This document shows positions 18,901-25,001 of a stretch of DNA of 25,001 nucleotides, in pieces. The position numbers and the translations under genes were made by a program. Every line of letters begins with the position of its first letter. Within the stretch, counting starts at the first letter, position 1. This stretch comes from an uncultured virus (IMG/VR IMGVR_UViG_3300029448_000008) (lineage: Duplodnaviria; Heunggongvirae; Uroviricota; Caudoviricetes). The DNA is taken from IMG/VR virus record IMGVR_UViG_3300029448_000008, one strand, 5' to 3'. The notes under the pieces were generated by a model. That model saw nothing but the letters and a program-made list of their open reading frames with translations. It did not search any database and was not told the origin of the DNA.

Positions 18901-21900
18901 TTTAATCGCTAGTTCTGCATAACTAGTAGTAACAGCTTGTTCAATCATTATTCCTCTTACATCACCTGAAGAATTTTTTACGTGAAGCTTGTGGGATGGC
19001 GAATCAGTTCCAATTGCTACTTTTCCAGACGCTTCTGCTTGAACAAAGAAAGCATGTGTGCTATGATTTGATTCCACCCTAAAATCAACATCACCACTAC
19101 CTTCATTTACTACAACCTCACTTTGTGTTCCATTTTGTTTAGCTGTTAGTAGTTGTACACCATCACCATAAAAATCTATGACACCATCAGAACTTTCTGT
19201 TATATAAGTATTACTTTGCCCATCAAGATATAGTTTTCTACCAGCTGGTATTGCAAAATCTGTAGCCCCTAAAACATGAACATCCCCACTAACTTTAAAT
19301 CTATCACTTCCACCTTGAACAAACTTTAAGACATTAGTTGAATGTATTAAATCTATGTCAGTTGAAAAGTTTATTCTACCTGAAGCCGGAAGTGTTATAT
19401 CACCAGTTACAGTTACGTGACCATCTTGTCCATCTACTGTGAATATCTGGTCTGAAGCTCCTATTGCACTAGCGTTACCACCATGTCTACCAATAAAGAA
19501 ACTAGAGTTAGCAGCTAAGGCTTGATTGTTATTTGAATCTAAGTTTACAATAAAAGAGCCGTAAGTATTTACTCTTATATCATCTCCAGTTCCACCATCT
19601 AATTGTCTAGATGTAATAGAGTGGTTTGTTTCACCACCACCATAAAAAGTAATATAGTTACCCATATTCTCTAGGTTCAACTGAGTTGCAGTTACTTGAC
19701 CTGCAAAAGTTGCGTTACCACTTCCATATAATGTCAATGGAACTACATCTGTACCAGCTGTCTTGGTTTTAAAAATTATATTACCAGCATCGTTGTTCCA
19801 TGTATTACTTATTATCAAACTACCTGAACTAGCGGCATCATAATCAATAACACCTCTATATGCAGCGGTGTTTCCAAGATATATTGATCCATTTGCATTA
19901 TTTGCACCATTAGAATCGCTCCATCCAGAAACCTGTAATTGAGCGCTGCTTGAACTACTAGCTGTTATTGATCCTGAAAAAGTTGCATTACCATCGTCTT
20001 CAACAACAAGTAGGTCTGTACCGCCTTTATTTAATGTAAGTAAATTACCAGTACCATCACCTCTAACATGAAGAACATCACCAGTAGAACTTGCGTGATC
20101 TGAGTATATTGAAACATGAGCTTGAGTATCTACTCCTGTGTGCTGTGCGTTTGTATAAAAATAACCACTAGCTTTAGTTGCGTTGGAAGTATTATCTATA
20201 TGTAAAAGTCTATTAGGACTAGTTGCGTTACCAAGACCAATATTTCCTGCAAAAGTTGCATTACCACCAGAAGCTATAGTTAATTTTGTGCCTGTTAAAC
20301 CACCTGTTGCAAATTTTAGATCTCCTTGATATGCACACAAAACTGTTCCATAATTATCTGCACCAGTAGTAGAATATAAAGCGGAAACATTATCTCCATC
20401 GTTTTCCACGAAATGTATTGCACCAGCACGACCATTTGTTGAGTTTGTTCCTTTAAAATATAAAGTTGGCACACCAGAGCCAAATGAAGCTGCAGCTGCT
20501 CCCAAGCCAATATTATCAGCTTGCACATCACCTGCAAAAGTTGCGTCACCATTTTCAAAACTATAAGTATTACCCCTGAATATAGTATTGTATGAATTAT
20601 TTCCTAGATAAAAACTACCACTTGACCAAATGTGATCACTTTGGAAATACATCGTTCTACCATCGCCGCTCGTAATTAACTCTAAAATAGTACCATTACT
20701 AGTTCCATTTTTTAATTGATGTGTTGAGGTTCCAGTATAAGTATTTAAAATTCTACCTGCAACAGTTAAATTATTTGTTAAATCCCATGTATCATCTGCA
20801 TCATCAAATATTAAACTTGCTTGTGTAACACCATCACCCCTATAAATAGATATACCAGACGTAGTAGCTGTAGCTGTATCTGGTGATCCCTGTGTTGTGT
20901 TAAGTTGTAATATATTGTCTTCAACTTCTACTGTTTGAGTATTAAGTGTTGTAGTAGTCCCGCCAACTGTTAAATTACCACTCACGGAAAAGTCACCAAC
21001 TACATTTGTTGTTTTTAATAAAGATATACTTGTTTCAGCTTGTATATTTGCGTTACCACTTGAGTGATTATAACCAATCCAACCGACGTTGTTAGCTGCA
21101 GCATCACCAAACATATAGTAAGCATCAGCTGTACTTGATTGTTGTACAACTGATCTTGTAGTACCTTTAACGTGTAAAAATGTTGTTGAGTCATAAGGAG
21201 AACCTGTAGTACCAGGACCTATAGTTAGAAGGCTTCCACCAGTAATATTACCTGTAGTTGTAATTGTATCTATATAAGCTGCTCTAAAATATTTACTTGA
21301 TGTACCTAAATCATAAGAGCTATCTACATAAGGACTAAAATTATCACTGTCCATTCTAAACCTATGACTATCTGATACTCTAAATATAATACTGTTATCA
21401 GTTGAGAACATTATTCTATTGTGATCATCTCTACCAATATCTGCAGTTGTTCTAATATTCCCTAAAAATGTTGCGTTACCATCTACATCTAAGTCTAAAG
21501 CTATTTTACTATCAGCAGTATTTTCGAATCTAAATCCAACGCCTGTAGTACCAGCTGTTGCATGCCATAAATTACCAAATGTTCTTACGTCTCCGTTAAA
21601 GTATAAATTAGCATAAGATTCTACACCGGCTTCAAATATTCTAGCTTTATGGCTTCCGTCAACTGAAAATTGTATTTGATCTTTAGATGTATCGTATGTT
21701 CCTTTTGATAATCCTGTATCAGTAAAACCTGCAAAATTTAATGATGGTGCACTTGTACTACCAATAGGTATAGTAATCTTACCTGCAAAAGTTGCGTTAC
21801 CTGAAGTATCAATCCAAAATCTTTTAGTAGCAGCGTTGTTAGCAAATACAATTTCTTGACCTGCATCTGTATCAGTTCCAAGCAAAGCACCATAAGTACC

Positions 21901-23073
21901 ACTATCATCATCTTGCACACTTATCCAAGCTTGGTTATCAGTACTTTTAAAGGCAGCAACAACATTAGTAGTACTTGAATCTACGCATAACGCTGAAGTT
22001 GAAAACTGCGTTGCACCGCCAACAAGCACATTCCCTGAAAAATTACCATCGTGAGCGTATACCGTGTGCCATCTTTTAGTTGAAGTACCTAGTGTTTGGT
22101 CAGATTGTTCATTACCTGATGGTTGAATACCTCTGTTAAATTGTATTTTGTTATCAGTTTCATTTAATGTTATTTCACCCCAGCCACTTCCAGCTGCATT
22201 ATACATTCTAAATGCTTTTCCAGTTGGAACAGAAACAATACCAGCAAAAGTTGCGTTACCATTAGCTTCAAAAGTAACTTTAGTAGAGTTACCTGGTTGA
22301 AATATCATGTCATCACTTGATCTAAGCATTAATTTAGTACCAGACGTAGCACCCTCTATATAAGAGCTAGCACCAAAGTTTACTTTCTTATCACTCGCTA
22401 ATGTAACATCTCCTGCAAAAGTTGCTGAGTGGTCAGTATTTAACGTTAATGTTAAACCACTATCAGTGTAAAATGCTAAAGGATGATTACTATAAGTTCC
22501 TATTACAGAGCTGTTGTCTTGTGTATACATTAATAACTTAGCGTCATTAGTTGTATCAAACAATTGTATTGTAGGTGAAGCCTCACCAATACTTAAACCT
22601 GTGCTAACCGAATCTACAGTACCAATAACAACATTTCCTGCAAAAGTTGCTGTGTTGTCTGCCGCTAACTTTAATACATGCGTACTTAAATTATCATTAA
22701 CATCGTCAATAATAAAATCAGTACCACTGATACCCATTGCCCATTTTTTAGTGCCAGGTCTTTCAAATTTTATATTTGGAGTTGTACCATCGGATATATG
22801 TAACTTGGCATCAATACTACTTTCATTAATTCCAACATTACCTCCAAAAGTTGCGTGTTTTGCATTGTTAATTATTAAAGCGTGATTATCATAAGCTCCA
22901 TTTACAGCAACTCTAAAATCAGCACCCCAACCTTGTAAGAATACAGATGTAGAATCTTTTAATTCTATCTGACCAATACTATTGGAGCCTTCTGATATTT
23001 TAACATAGTTGTTACCATCATTTACCTGAACTTCATCATTGAAAATAGCACCTGTAAAGAACTTCCTAGCCAT
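12988..23073 (-). CDS. Giant modular tail fibre / receptor-binding protein (3361 aa) with C-terminal intramolecular chaperone
   Basis: 10,086-bp ORF with G/S/T/N/D-rich beta-type composition, repeated GNATFAG and RAPIFYD junction motifs, and a C-terminal SDKRLK...GVIAQELEKIAPELV...VAYGNI...LIEAIKDL coiled coil. Confidence 0.9.
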   Translation of the reverse strand: MARKFFTGAIFNDEVQVNDGNNYVKISEGSNSIGQIELKDSTSVFLQGWGADFRVAVNGAYDNHALIINNAKHATFGGNVGINESSIDAKLHISDGTTPNIKFERPGTKKWAMGISGTDFIIDDVNDNLSTHVLKLAADNTATFAGNVVIGTVDSVSTGLSIGEASPTIQLFDTTNDAKLLMYTQDNSSVIGTYSNHPLAFYTDSGLTLTLNTDHSATFAGDVTLASDKKVNFGASSYIEGATSGTKLMLRSSDDMIFQPGNSTKVTFEANGNATFAGIVSVPTGKAFRMYNAAGSGWGEITLNETDNKIQFNRGIQPSGNEQSDQTLGTSTKRWHTVYAHDGNFSGNVLVGGATQFSTSALCVDSSTTNVVAAFKSTDNQAWISVQDDDSGTYGALLGTDTDAGQEIVFANNAATKRFWIDTSGNATFAGKITIPIGSTSAPSLNFAGFTDTGLSKGTYDTSKDQIQFSVDGSHKARIFEAGVESYANLYFNGDVRTFGNLWHATAGTTGVGFRFENTADSKIALDLDVDGNATFLGNIRTTADIGRDDHNRIMFSTDNSIIFRVSDSHRFRMDSDNFSPYVDSSYDLGTSSKYFRAAYIDTITTTGNITGGSLLTIGPGTTGSPYDSTTFLHVKGTTRSVVQQSSTADAYYMFGDAAANNVGWIGYNHSSGNANIQAETSISLLKTTNVVGDFSVSGNLTVGGTTTTLNTQTVEVEDNILQLNTTQGSPDTATATTSGISIYRGDGVTQASLIFDDADDTWDLTNNLTVAGRILNTYTGTSTHQLKNGTSNGTILELITSGDGRTMYFQSDHIWSSGSFYLGNNSYNTIFRGNTYSFENGDATFAGDVQADNIGLGAAAASFGSGVPTLYFKGTNSTNGRAGAIHFVENDGDNVSALYSTTGADNYGTVLCAYQGDLKFATGGLTGTKLTIASGGNATFAGNIGLGNATSPNRLLHIDNTSNATKASGYFYTNAQHTGVDTQAHVSIYSDHASSTGDVLHVRGDGTGNLLTLNKGGTDLLVVEDDGNATFSGSITASSSSSAQLQVSGWSDSNGANNANGSIYLGNTAAYRGVIDYDAASSGSLIISNTWNNDAGNIIFKTKTAGTDVVPLTLYGSGNATFAGQVTATQLNLENMGNYITFYGGGETNHSITSRQLDGGTGDDIRVNTYGSFIVNLDSNNNQALAANSSFFIGRHGGNASAIGASDQIFTVDGQDGHVTVTGDITLPASGRINFSTDIDLIHSTNVLKFVQGGSDRFKVSGDVHVLGATDFAIPAGRKLYLDGQSNTYITESSDGVIDFYGDGVQLLTAKQNGTQSEVVVNEGSGDVDFRVESNHSTHAFFVQAEASGKVAIGTDSPSHKLHVKNSSGDVRGIMIEQAVTTSYAELAIKSDLREFRLGTGGDGTNNSRAENVFYIYDATTGGAAGHRFEVGSTGDVKILNGALKISGDDANYATLTESGAGLLTIATVDDFVVDAEGDINLDANGGDIRFKDNGTTIGALDLTGGFAIKSSVSNADFFIQGNDGGSAINALQLDMSEGGNATFSGKVGVGGKTPAYGLSLAQGSGVNNKIAWTDSTPDFAASIYANNSNDKLTFATKNASNAETTALEIDTSQNATFAGTVSATRFQGTTYPYNTTVGHTANATTTYIEAGSSSKTSIELSGGDANSNIKFITPNASNVETLALTIDTSQNAIFAGQVKSVTGWFTDNVYLSGGQFYIGASGANATTNDSHRLVSGSGDFSIQSRESGTWTNHLYINSAGVISGDGSGLTGVSATFTGGTVANATTFNSDVTINSSGVASSPLLRLNNSASSTYNHALEAINANLTQGESEILVVGKATSAKNSGYLGYYWHADGSDDNYVTIGHWSNNHLLRVYGSGTVLATGNMQAPIFYDSNNTAYFIHADNNSVLKSLYVGSTGVNNGNNTYNIRLEASDESSIGFHDSGSTIGAITFSGANGFRLGADHGSYGPHQVSSMAEFYVAKEAGDTDGQSFKGYRLNKATSSSWTEGGTGNQTGWYGGNFNGSEITTKWVTGPHGERTLAAETTGDTNNDYDGGYVKAINNLDINKAHLSYVYIKRLAGTTGNVYHGTGAGTNQITDLSGTSNTNPYFHYPNLGSFPLNVWCISIGVIQANNDSNTTALTGSSDLQGIYRCDTGQKILNSSNFWKLGSAGSALNNGNRFFHYYSTDASAKLQWAKPGFFEINGDEPSLAELLTGGGSRGLHTNGGDVIANKYYDWANTAFYLDPASTSVVNHMDMDTGNTSGKFAVMSSAVHASYDFYNDGTSYFNGAVTVDAAFTQSGGAASAFSGTVSATEFDLPSGGKLDWANGDARIIEGDTNNYSLSFQTYDGSNVTTALRLDGDNTATFTGTVDLGSGSTSIKKTAGGTNGNHAAIELYSSGTADSGSAIAIQQQTSEGDSIIFADYEPHVEWGISTENNNNEIQFTSGTSSPSLGSKTLYNNAGSARTAYKKMIFVLGTGVMDVGGSVRAPIFYDLDDTNYYVNPAGNSVMNNLQIEDYISHKGDTHTYFGFSGNDAFTMVFEGTTRLSVADSADPVFTFNAHINMSGKDIDQVNQLHFQDNVRFIDNGNDSDLNYKFGDTGYGQIRFLDGSGNFEGSVYTESGYFGTLSNDGSWAVQSSNTLTNIKHYLNVDDSIRTPIFYDKDDTNYYLNPASRSNLGDLDLNSGAVWDATTQGTGKGALHLDPNSATDHAGGAITFGASDSSNGTTSHAGIYVRSDGSYGTRMYFSTTDSYATGSKTAMHILQNGQVNITRSNLIVNTDVRAPLFYDSNDTTYYVDPAGTSNQKNIHIKGGHTLNQYRSGDAAFAYRDARANGSYAAIYKGTNTGSAYGPYKEYWYDGDSYHSIEIASNQFNFDTSVQVAGNFRVTSGNVLLNESTALTNRKLRSAGGYSLEGGGANSSYVADGLYGATATPNRLSFPSGRYVILGYSDNGSGLYAETMSVETHSTDGLGNTVEKNAFVIKNTNSSSYVARISNLGKIESNTSVRAPVFYDSDNTSYFFDGTNSDRSMVTSGSISIGTTGQLGLGDITHPKIVYPGKEASWDGSGGTTGQIVIDLPGTLAHYDMMYMEIDIYEYSGDAGSKIIIGAHNWNSGGNSGTSNTQWHNPGVQIIGSLNKAVRLGRRNDGSNERKCIAIGDVNSSWSYATVHVSKVHGACYYSDSIDWLGNWNVAQTTSSSYFTANPSTNFNTTGAQTLRTPGFLLAGGSVRAPIFYDSNDTNYYLNPASSSVLGGASFASSISITGTVTASSDVVAYSDKRLKTDIKTLDGSKVYDMRGVSFTKEDKKGSGVIAQELEKIAPELVNDDNEYKAVAYGNITGYLIEAIKDLKAEVEELKKQIK
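12991..13245 (-). other. Peptidase S74 / intramolecular chaperone auto-cleavage domain of the tail fibre
   Basis: Y-SDKRLK (Ser-Lys dyad motif SDxRLK), GVIAQE, PELV and terminal coiled coil LIEAIKDLKAEVEELKKQIK. Confidence 0.88.
13334..17410 (-). repeat. Dispersed peptide repeat (V/I)RAPIFYDxxxTxYYxxPA, 7 copies
   Basis: Copies near 13334-13389, 14011-14055, 14671-14727, 15051-15108, 15556-15612, 16331-16380 (degenerate) and 17368-17410. Synonymous codons differ between copies. Confidence 0.85.
15965..22860 (-). repeat. Dispersed in-frame direct DNA repeat, consensus (+ strand) CCTGCAAAAGTTGC(G/A)TTACC, encoding GNATFAG, about 14 copies
   Basis: Exact CCTGCAAAAGTTGC at 18212, 19700, 20246, 20531, 21782, 22412, 22637. 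Variants at 15965, 17981, 18434, 19973, 21461, 22241, 22841. Confidence 0.9.
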
Positions 23074-23093
23074 ACTTATTCATTTTAATATTT

Positions 23094-25001
23094 TTATCCT
23101 ATCTTATTGATAAGAACTTTAATTCCATTAGTAGCAGGAGCATTTCCTGTAGCAAAAACAACTTGCACCCTACCTCCGGTTTTTCTAGAAACATCTGCAT
23201 GTACTGTATCACCTGATGATACTTCAATTAACTGTACCATAAATTGACTAGAATCGGTACCTAAGCCATGATTTATATGAGGTGAACTAGCACCAGAATT
23301 ATCAATATTGTATGATACAGCAGATCCATCTCCTATAGTTCCAGCAAACATTCTGTCTGTAGGTACTTCTATAGTTTTAGAAACTAATGCTGTAACGTGA
23401 CCATATGTATCTAATGTAACATCTTGTATAACTGCATTACCTGAATTATCTACAGATGCTTGTGATGATGTATCACTATGCGATATATTAACATCTTCTC
23501 CATTTTCAAAAGCTATAGTAATACCACCCCCTCCTACAAAGTCAACAGATTCTGTAGTGCTTATATTATCTACAGAAGTATTATTAACTTTTAAGTTCCA
23601 GTAGTCATAGTTATCAAGACCTGTAACACTAATTTCACGTGAGGTTCCTTCGCCTGCAGCATTACTAATAGATATATTAGTACCTTCAGTAATATTACCT
23701 ACGTAGTTACCAGAAGTATGAGTACCTAATGCTACATCATTTTGTTCTGTATGTAATTTATACTCTGTTCCTCCAGCTAATCTTTGTGACCATCTATCAG
23801 TTGATTCGTCCCAATATAAAATAGCATTAGTTGATGTTCCTCTTTCTATTTCAATACCTGAATCTTCACTAGGAGTACCAGTTTCATTACTGTTAAGAGT
23901 AATTATATTATCTTCAATTAATACAACTTCAGAATTTTTAGTTGTTTGGTTTCCTGATACAGTAAGATCTCCTTGAATAGTTACTGCTCCGCTAAAGTGA
24001 CCAGTACCATTAACATCTAAGTTATGTGTAGGAACTGATAAATCATTTGCAGGGTTAATAAGAAGTGCACCAGTACCGCTGTTGTTACTTCCTAGTAATT
24101 TAAATATAGCTGCTGATTTATATGCTCCAGATCCATTACCTTTATTTAAAGATAAACTCATAATAGAATCTTGATTAGATGCATCATATATTCTACTATA
24201 GAAACCAGCATAACTTATATCTGCCGTATTAGCACTGCCCATTGCATTTCTGCCTCTAAACTCAAGGACCCCTAAAGTGTCACTATCAACAGGAGTTCCT
24301 GCGTTTCTATAAAGAACTAAATCAGGTGCAGAAGCAGATGAAGTTTCTCTTCCCTCTAATAAAATATTTTCTGCTGTAGAATTAGATATAGATTTAATAA
24401 CAGGTGCATCTGTACCAGAAGCTGTACCAACAGTAAGCTGACTATTAATAGATACATCATTTGGTAAACCAATTGTTACAGTTACATCTGTTGATGCTTT
24501 ACCTACAGAAGTTTCTATTTCATTAGCTGTACCAACAATTCTTAAATCATCTGTAGCTAATGCAACGTCTCCGGTACCACTGTCTGCATCTACAGTTAAT
24601 GTGGTTGATATAGCATTAGTAGTTACTGCTGTTATTAAACCTTTTGCGTTAACCGTTATGGCTGGTATAGCTGTAGCAGATCCGTAAGATCCTACATTAG
24701 AGTTAACTGTAGCTAGAGTAAGAGCTCCAGCATCTGTTAGTGTAGCATCTCCAGACATTACATTATCAATCCATTTAGATGTGCCTGTATCATATAGAAG
24801 CATAGCTCCATCTGCAGGAGTAGTTATAGTAGTATCTGTAAGTTCAGCTAAAGTATCGTGAGTATCTACCTGAGCATCTACATAAGCTTTTATACTTTGC
24901 TGTGTTGCTAAGTGACTAGCGGAGTTGCTAGCCATATTATCTTCATCTTTTATAGCCGTACCACTTATGGATGTAGGTGATATTATTAGATTATTAACTA
25001 T
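23094..25001 (-). CDS. Tail fibre-like structural protein, 5'-truncated by the window edge (>635 aa)
   Basis: The frame of the 613-aa ORF stays open to 25001 (IVNNLIISPTSISGTAIKDEDN-MASNSASHLATQQSIKAYVD), so the tracked Met is probably internal. Contains fibre-type motifs IKDEDNMASNS..LATQQSIKAYVD, VGSYGSATAIPAITVNAKGLIT, IEDNIITLN, IQDVTLDTYGHVT and a C-terminal INHGLGT. Confidence 0.8.
   Translation of the reverse strand: MVNNLIISPTSISGTAIKDEDNMASNSASHLATQQSIKAYVDAQVDTHDTLAELTDTTITTPADGAMLLYDTGTSKWIDNVMSGDATLTDAGALTLATVNSNVGSYGSATAIPAITVNAKGLITAVTTNAISTTLTVDADSGTGDVALATDDLRIVGTANEIETSVGKASTDVTVTIGLPNDVSINSQLTVGTASGTDAPVIKSISNSTAENILLEGRETSSASAPDLVLYRNAGTPVDSDTLGVLEFRGRNAMGSANTADISYAGFYSRIYDASNQDSIMSLSLNKGNGSGAYKSAAIFKLLGSNNSGTGALLINPANDLSVPTHNLDVNGTGHFSGAVTIQGDLTVSGNQTTKNSEVVLIEDNIITLNSNETGTPSEDSGIEIERGTSTNAILYWDESTDRWSQRLAGGTEYKLHTEQNDVALGTHTSGNYVGNITEGTNISISNAAGEGTSREISVTGLDNYDYWNLKVNNTSVDNISTTESVDFVGGGGITIAFENGEDVNISHSDTSSQASVDNSGNAVIQDVTLDTYGHVTALVSKTIEVPTDRMFAGTIGDGSAVSYNIDNSGASSPHINHGLGTDSSQFMVQLIEVSSGDTVHADVSRKTGGRVQVVFATGNAPATNGIKVLINKIG

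Larger units (their letters stand above)
1..25001 (-). other. Phage tail/virion morphogenesis module, probably crAss-like (Bacteroidota phage)
   Basis: All long ORFs are co-oriented on the minus strand with minimal spacers. The window has a tail fibre with an S74 chaperone, the order ring/IHF/tubular/stabilization known from crAss-like phages, and a Bacteroidota-type TAnnTTTG element. No host housekeeping genes or attachment sites are visible. Confidence 0.85.

Noticed and set aside
20316..21920. Short minus-strand alternative-frame ORFs 20316-20558 and 21738-21920
   Set aside because: They are nested out-of-frame in the fibre gene. Their L/V/Q/M-rich sequence is the expected by-product of the main frame's codon bias.
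15965..22860. GNATFAG DNA repeats as a CRISPR array or classical invertible shufflon
   Set aside because: Spacing is 171 to >1000 bp and irregular, copies are in-frame within a CDS and all in direct orientation, and no cas gene, invertase or inverted silent cassette is present.
1353..22885. Plus-strand ORFs in the track (e.g. 1353-1697, 6267-6656, 8573-8857, 10433-10639, 17603-17812, 22514-22885)
   Set aside because: All lie antisense to long minus-strand genes and have the composition of shadow ORFs with no recognisable motifs.
11229..23073. Diversity-generating retroelement targeting the fibre or adhesin C-termini
   Set aside because: No reverse transcriptase and no ~100-bp TR/VR pair differing at adenines was seen in the window. 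A remote DGR cannot be excluded.
24933..24935. ATG at 24935 as the true start of the 613-aa protein
   Set aside because: The frame is open to the window edge and the Met lies inside the IKDEDNMASNS motif, so the gene probably starts upstream.
1..25001. Alternative genetic code (TAG/TGA reassignment, known in some crAss-like phages)
   Set aside because: Multi-kilobase ORFs are open under code 11. TAG (8275) and TGA (7845, 9284) end genes exactly where the next gene begins.

Overview
AT-rich bacteriophage virion/tail gene block with every credible gene on the minus strand and tightly coupled (TAATG/ATGA overlaps). The gene order ring-like protein, IHF-like protein, tail tubular/ring protein, tail stabilization (muzzle) protein, together with remembered motifs, points to a crAss-like (Crassvirales-type) phage of a Bacteroidota host. 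This is from motif recognition, not a database search. In transcription order (right to left): a 5'-truncated fibre protein (>635 aa); a 3361-aa modular tail fibre ending in a peptidase-S74 chaperone; a 2OG-Fe(II) oxygenase-like gene; two small virion-type genes that seem to split one conserved motif; a GAMT/RMT2-like methyltransferase; two small conserved phage proteins; an L,D-transpeptidase-fold (YkuD-like) enzyme; the ring/IHF/tubular trio; and a >2350-aa muzzle gene that is missing from the ORF track because it runs off the left edge. The most unusual signal is a 14-20 bp in-frame direct repeat with dyad symmetry (CCTGCAAAAGTTGC, encoding ATFAG). It marks module junctions in the giant fibre and is conserved at synonymous positions, unlike a second junction repeat (RAPIFYD) that is conserved only as protein. 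Adhesin-like domains (Calx-beta/Ig/VWA) appear to be grafted into the muzzle protein. No tRNA, rRNA, CRISPR array, recombinase or reverse transcriptase was seen.
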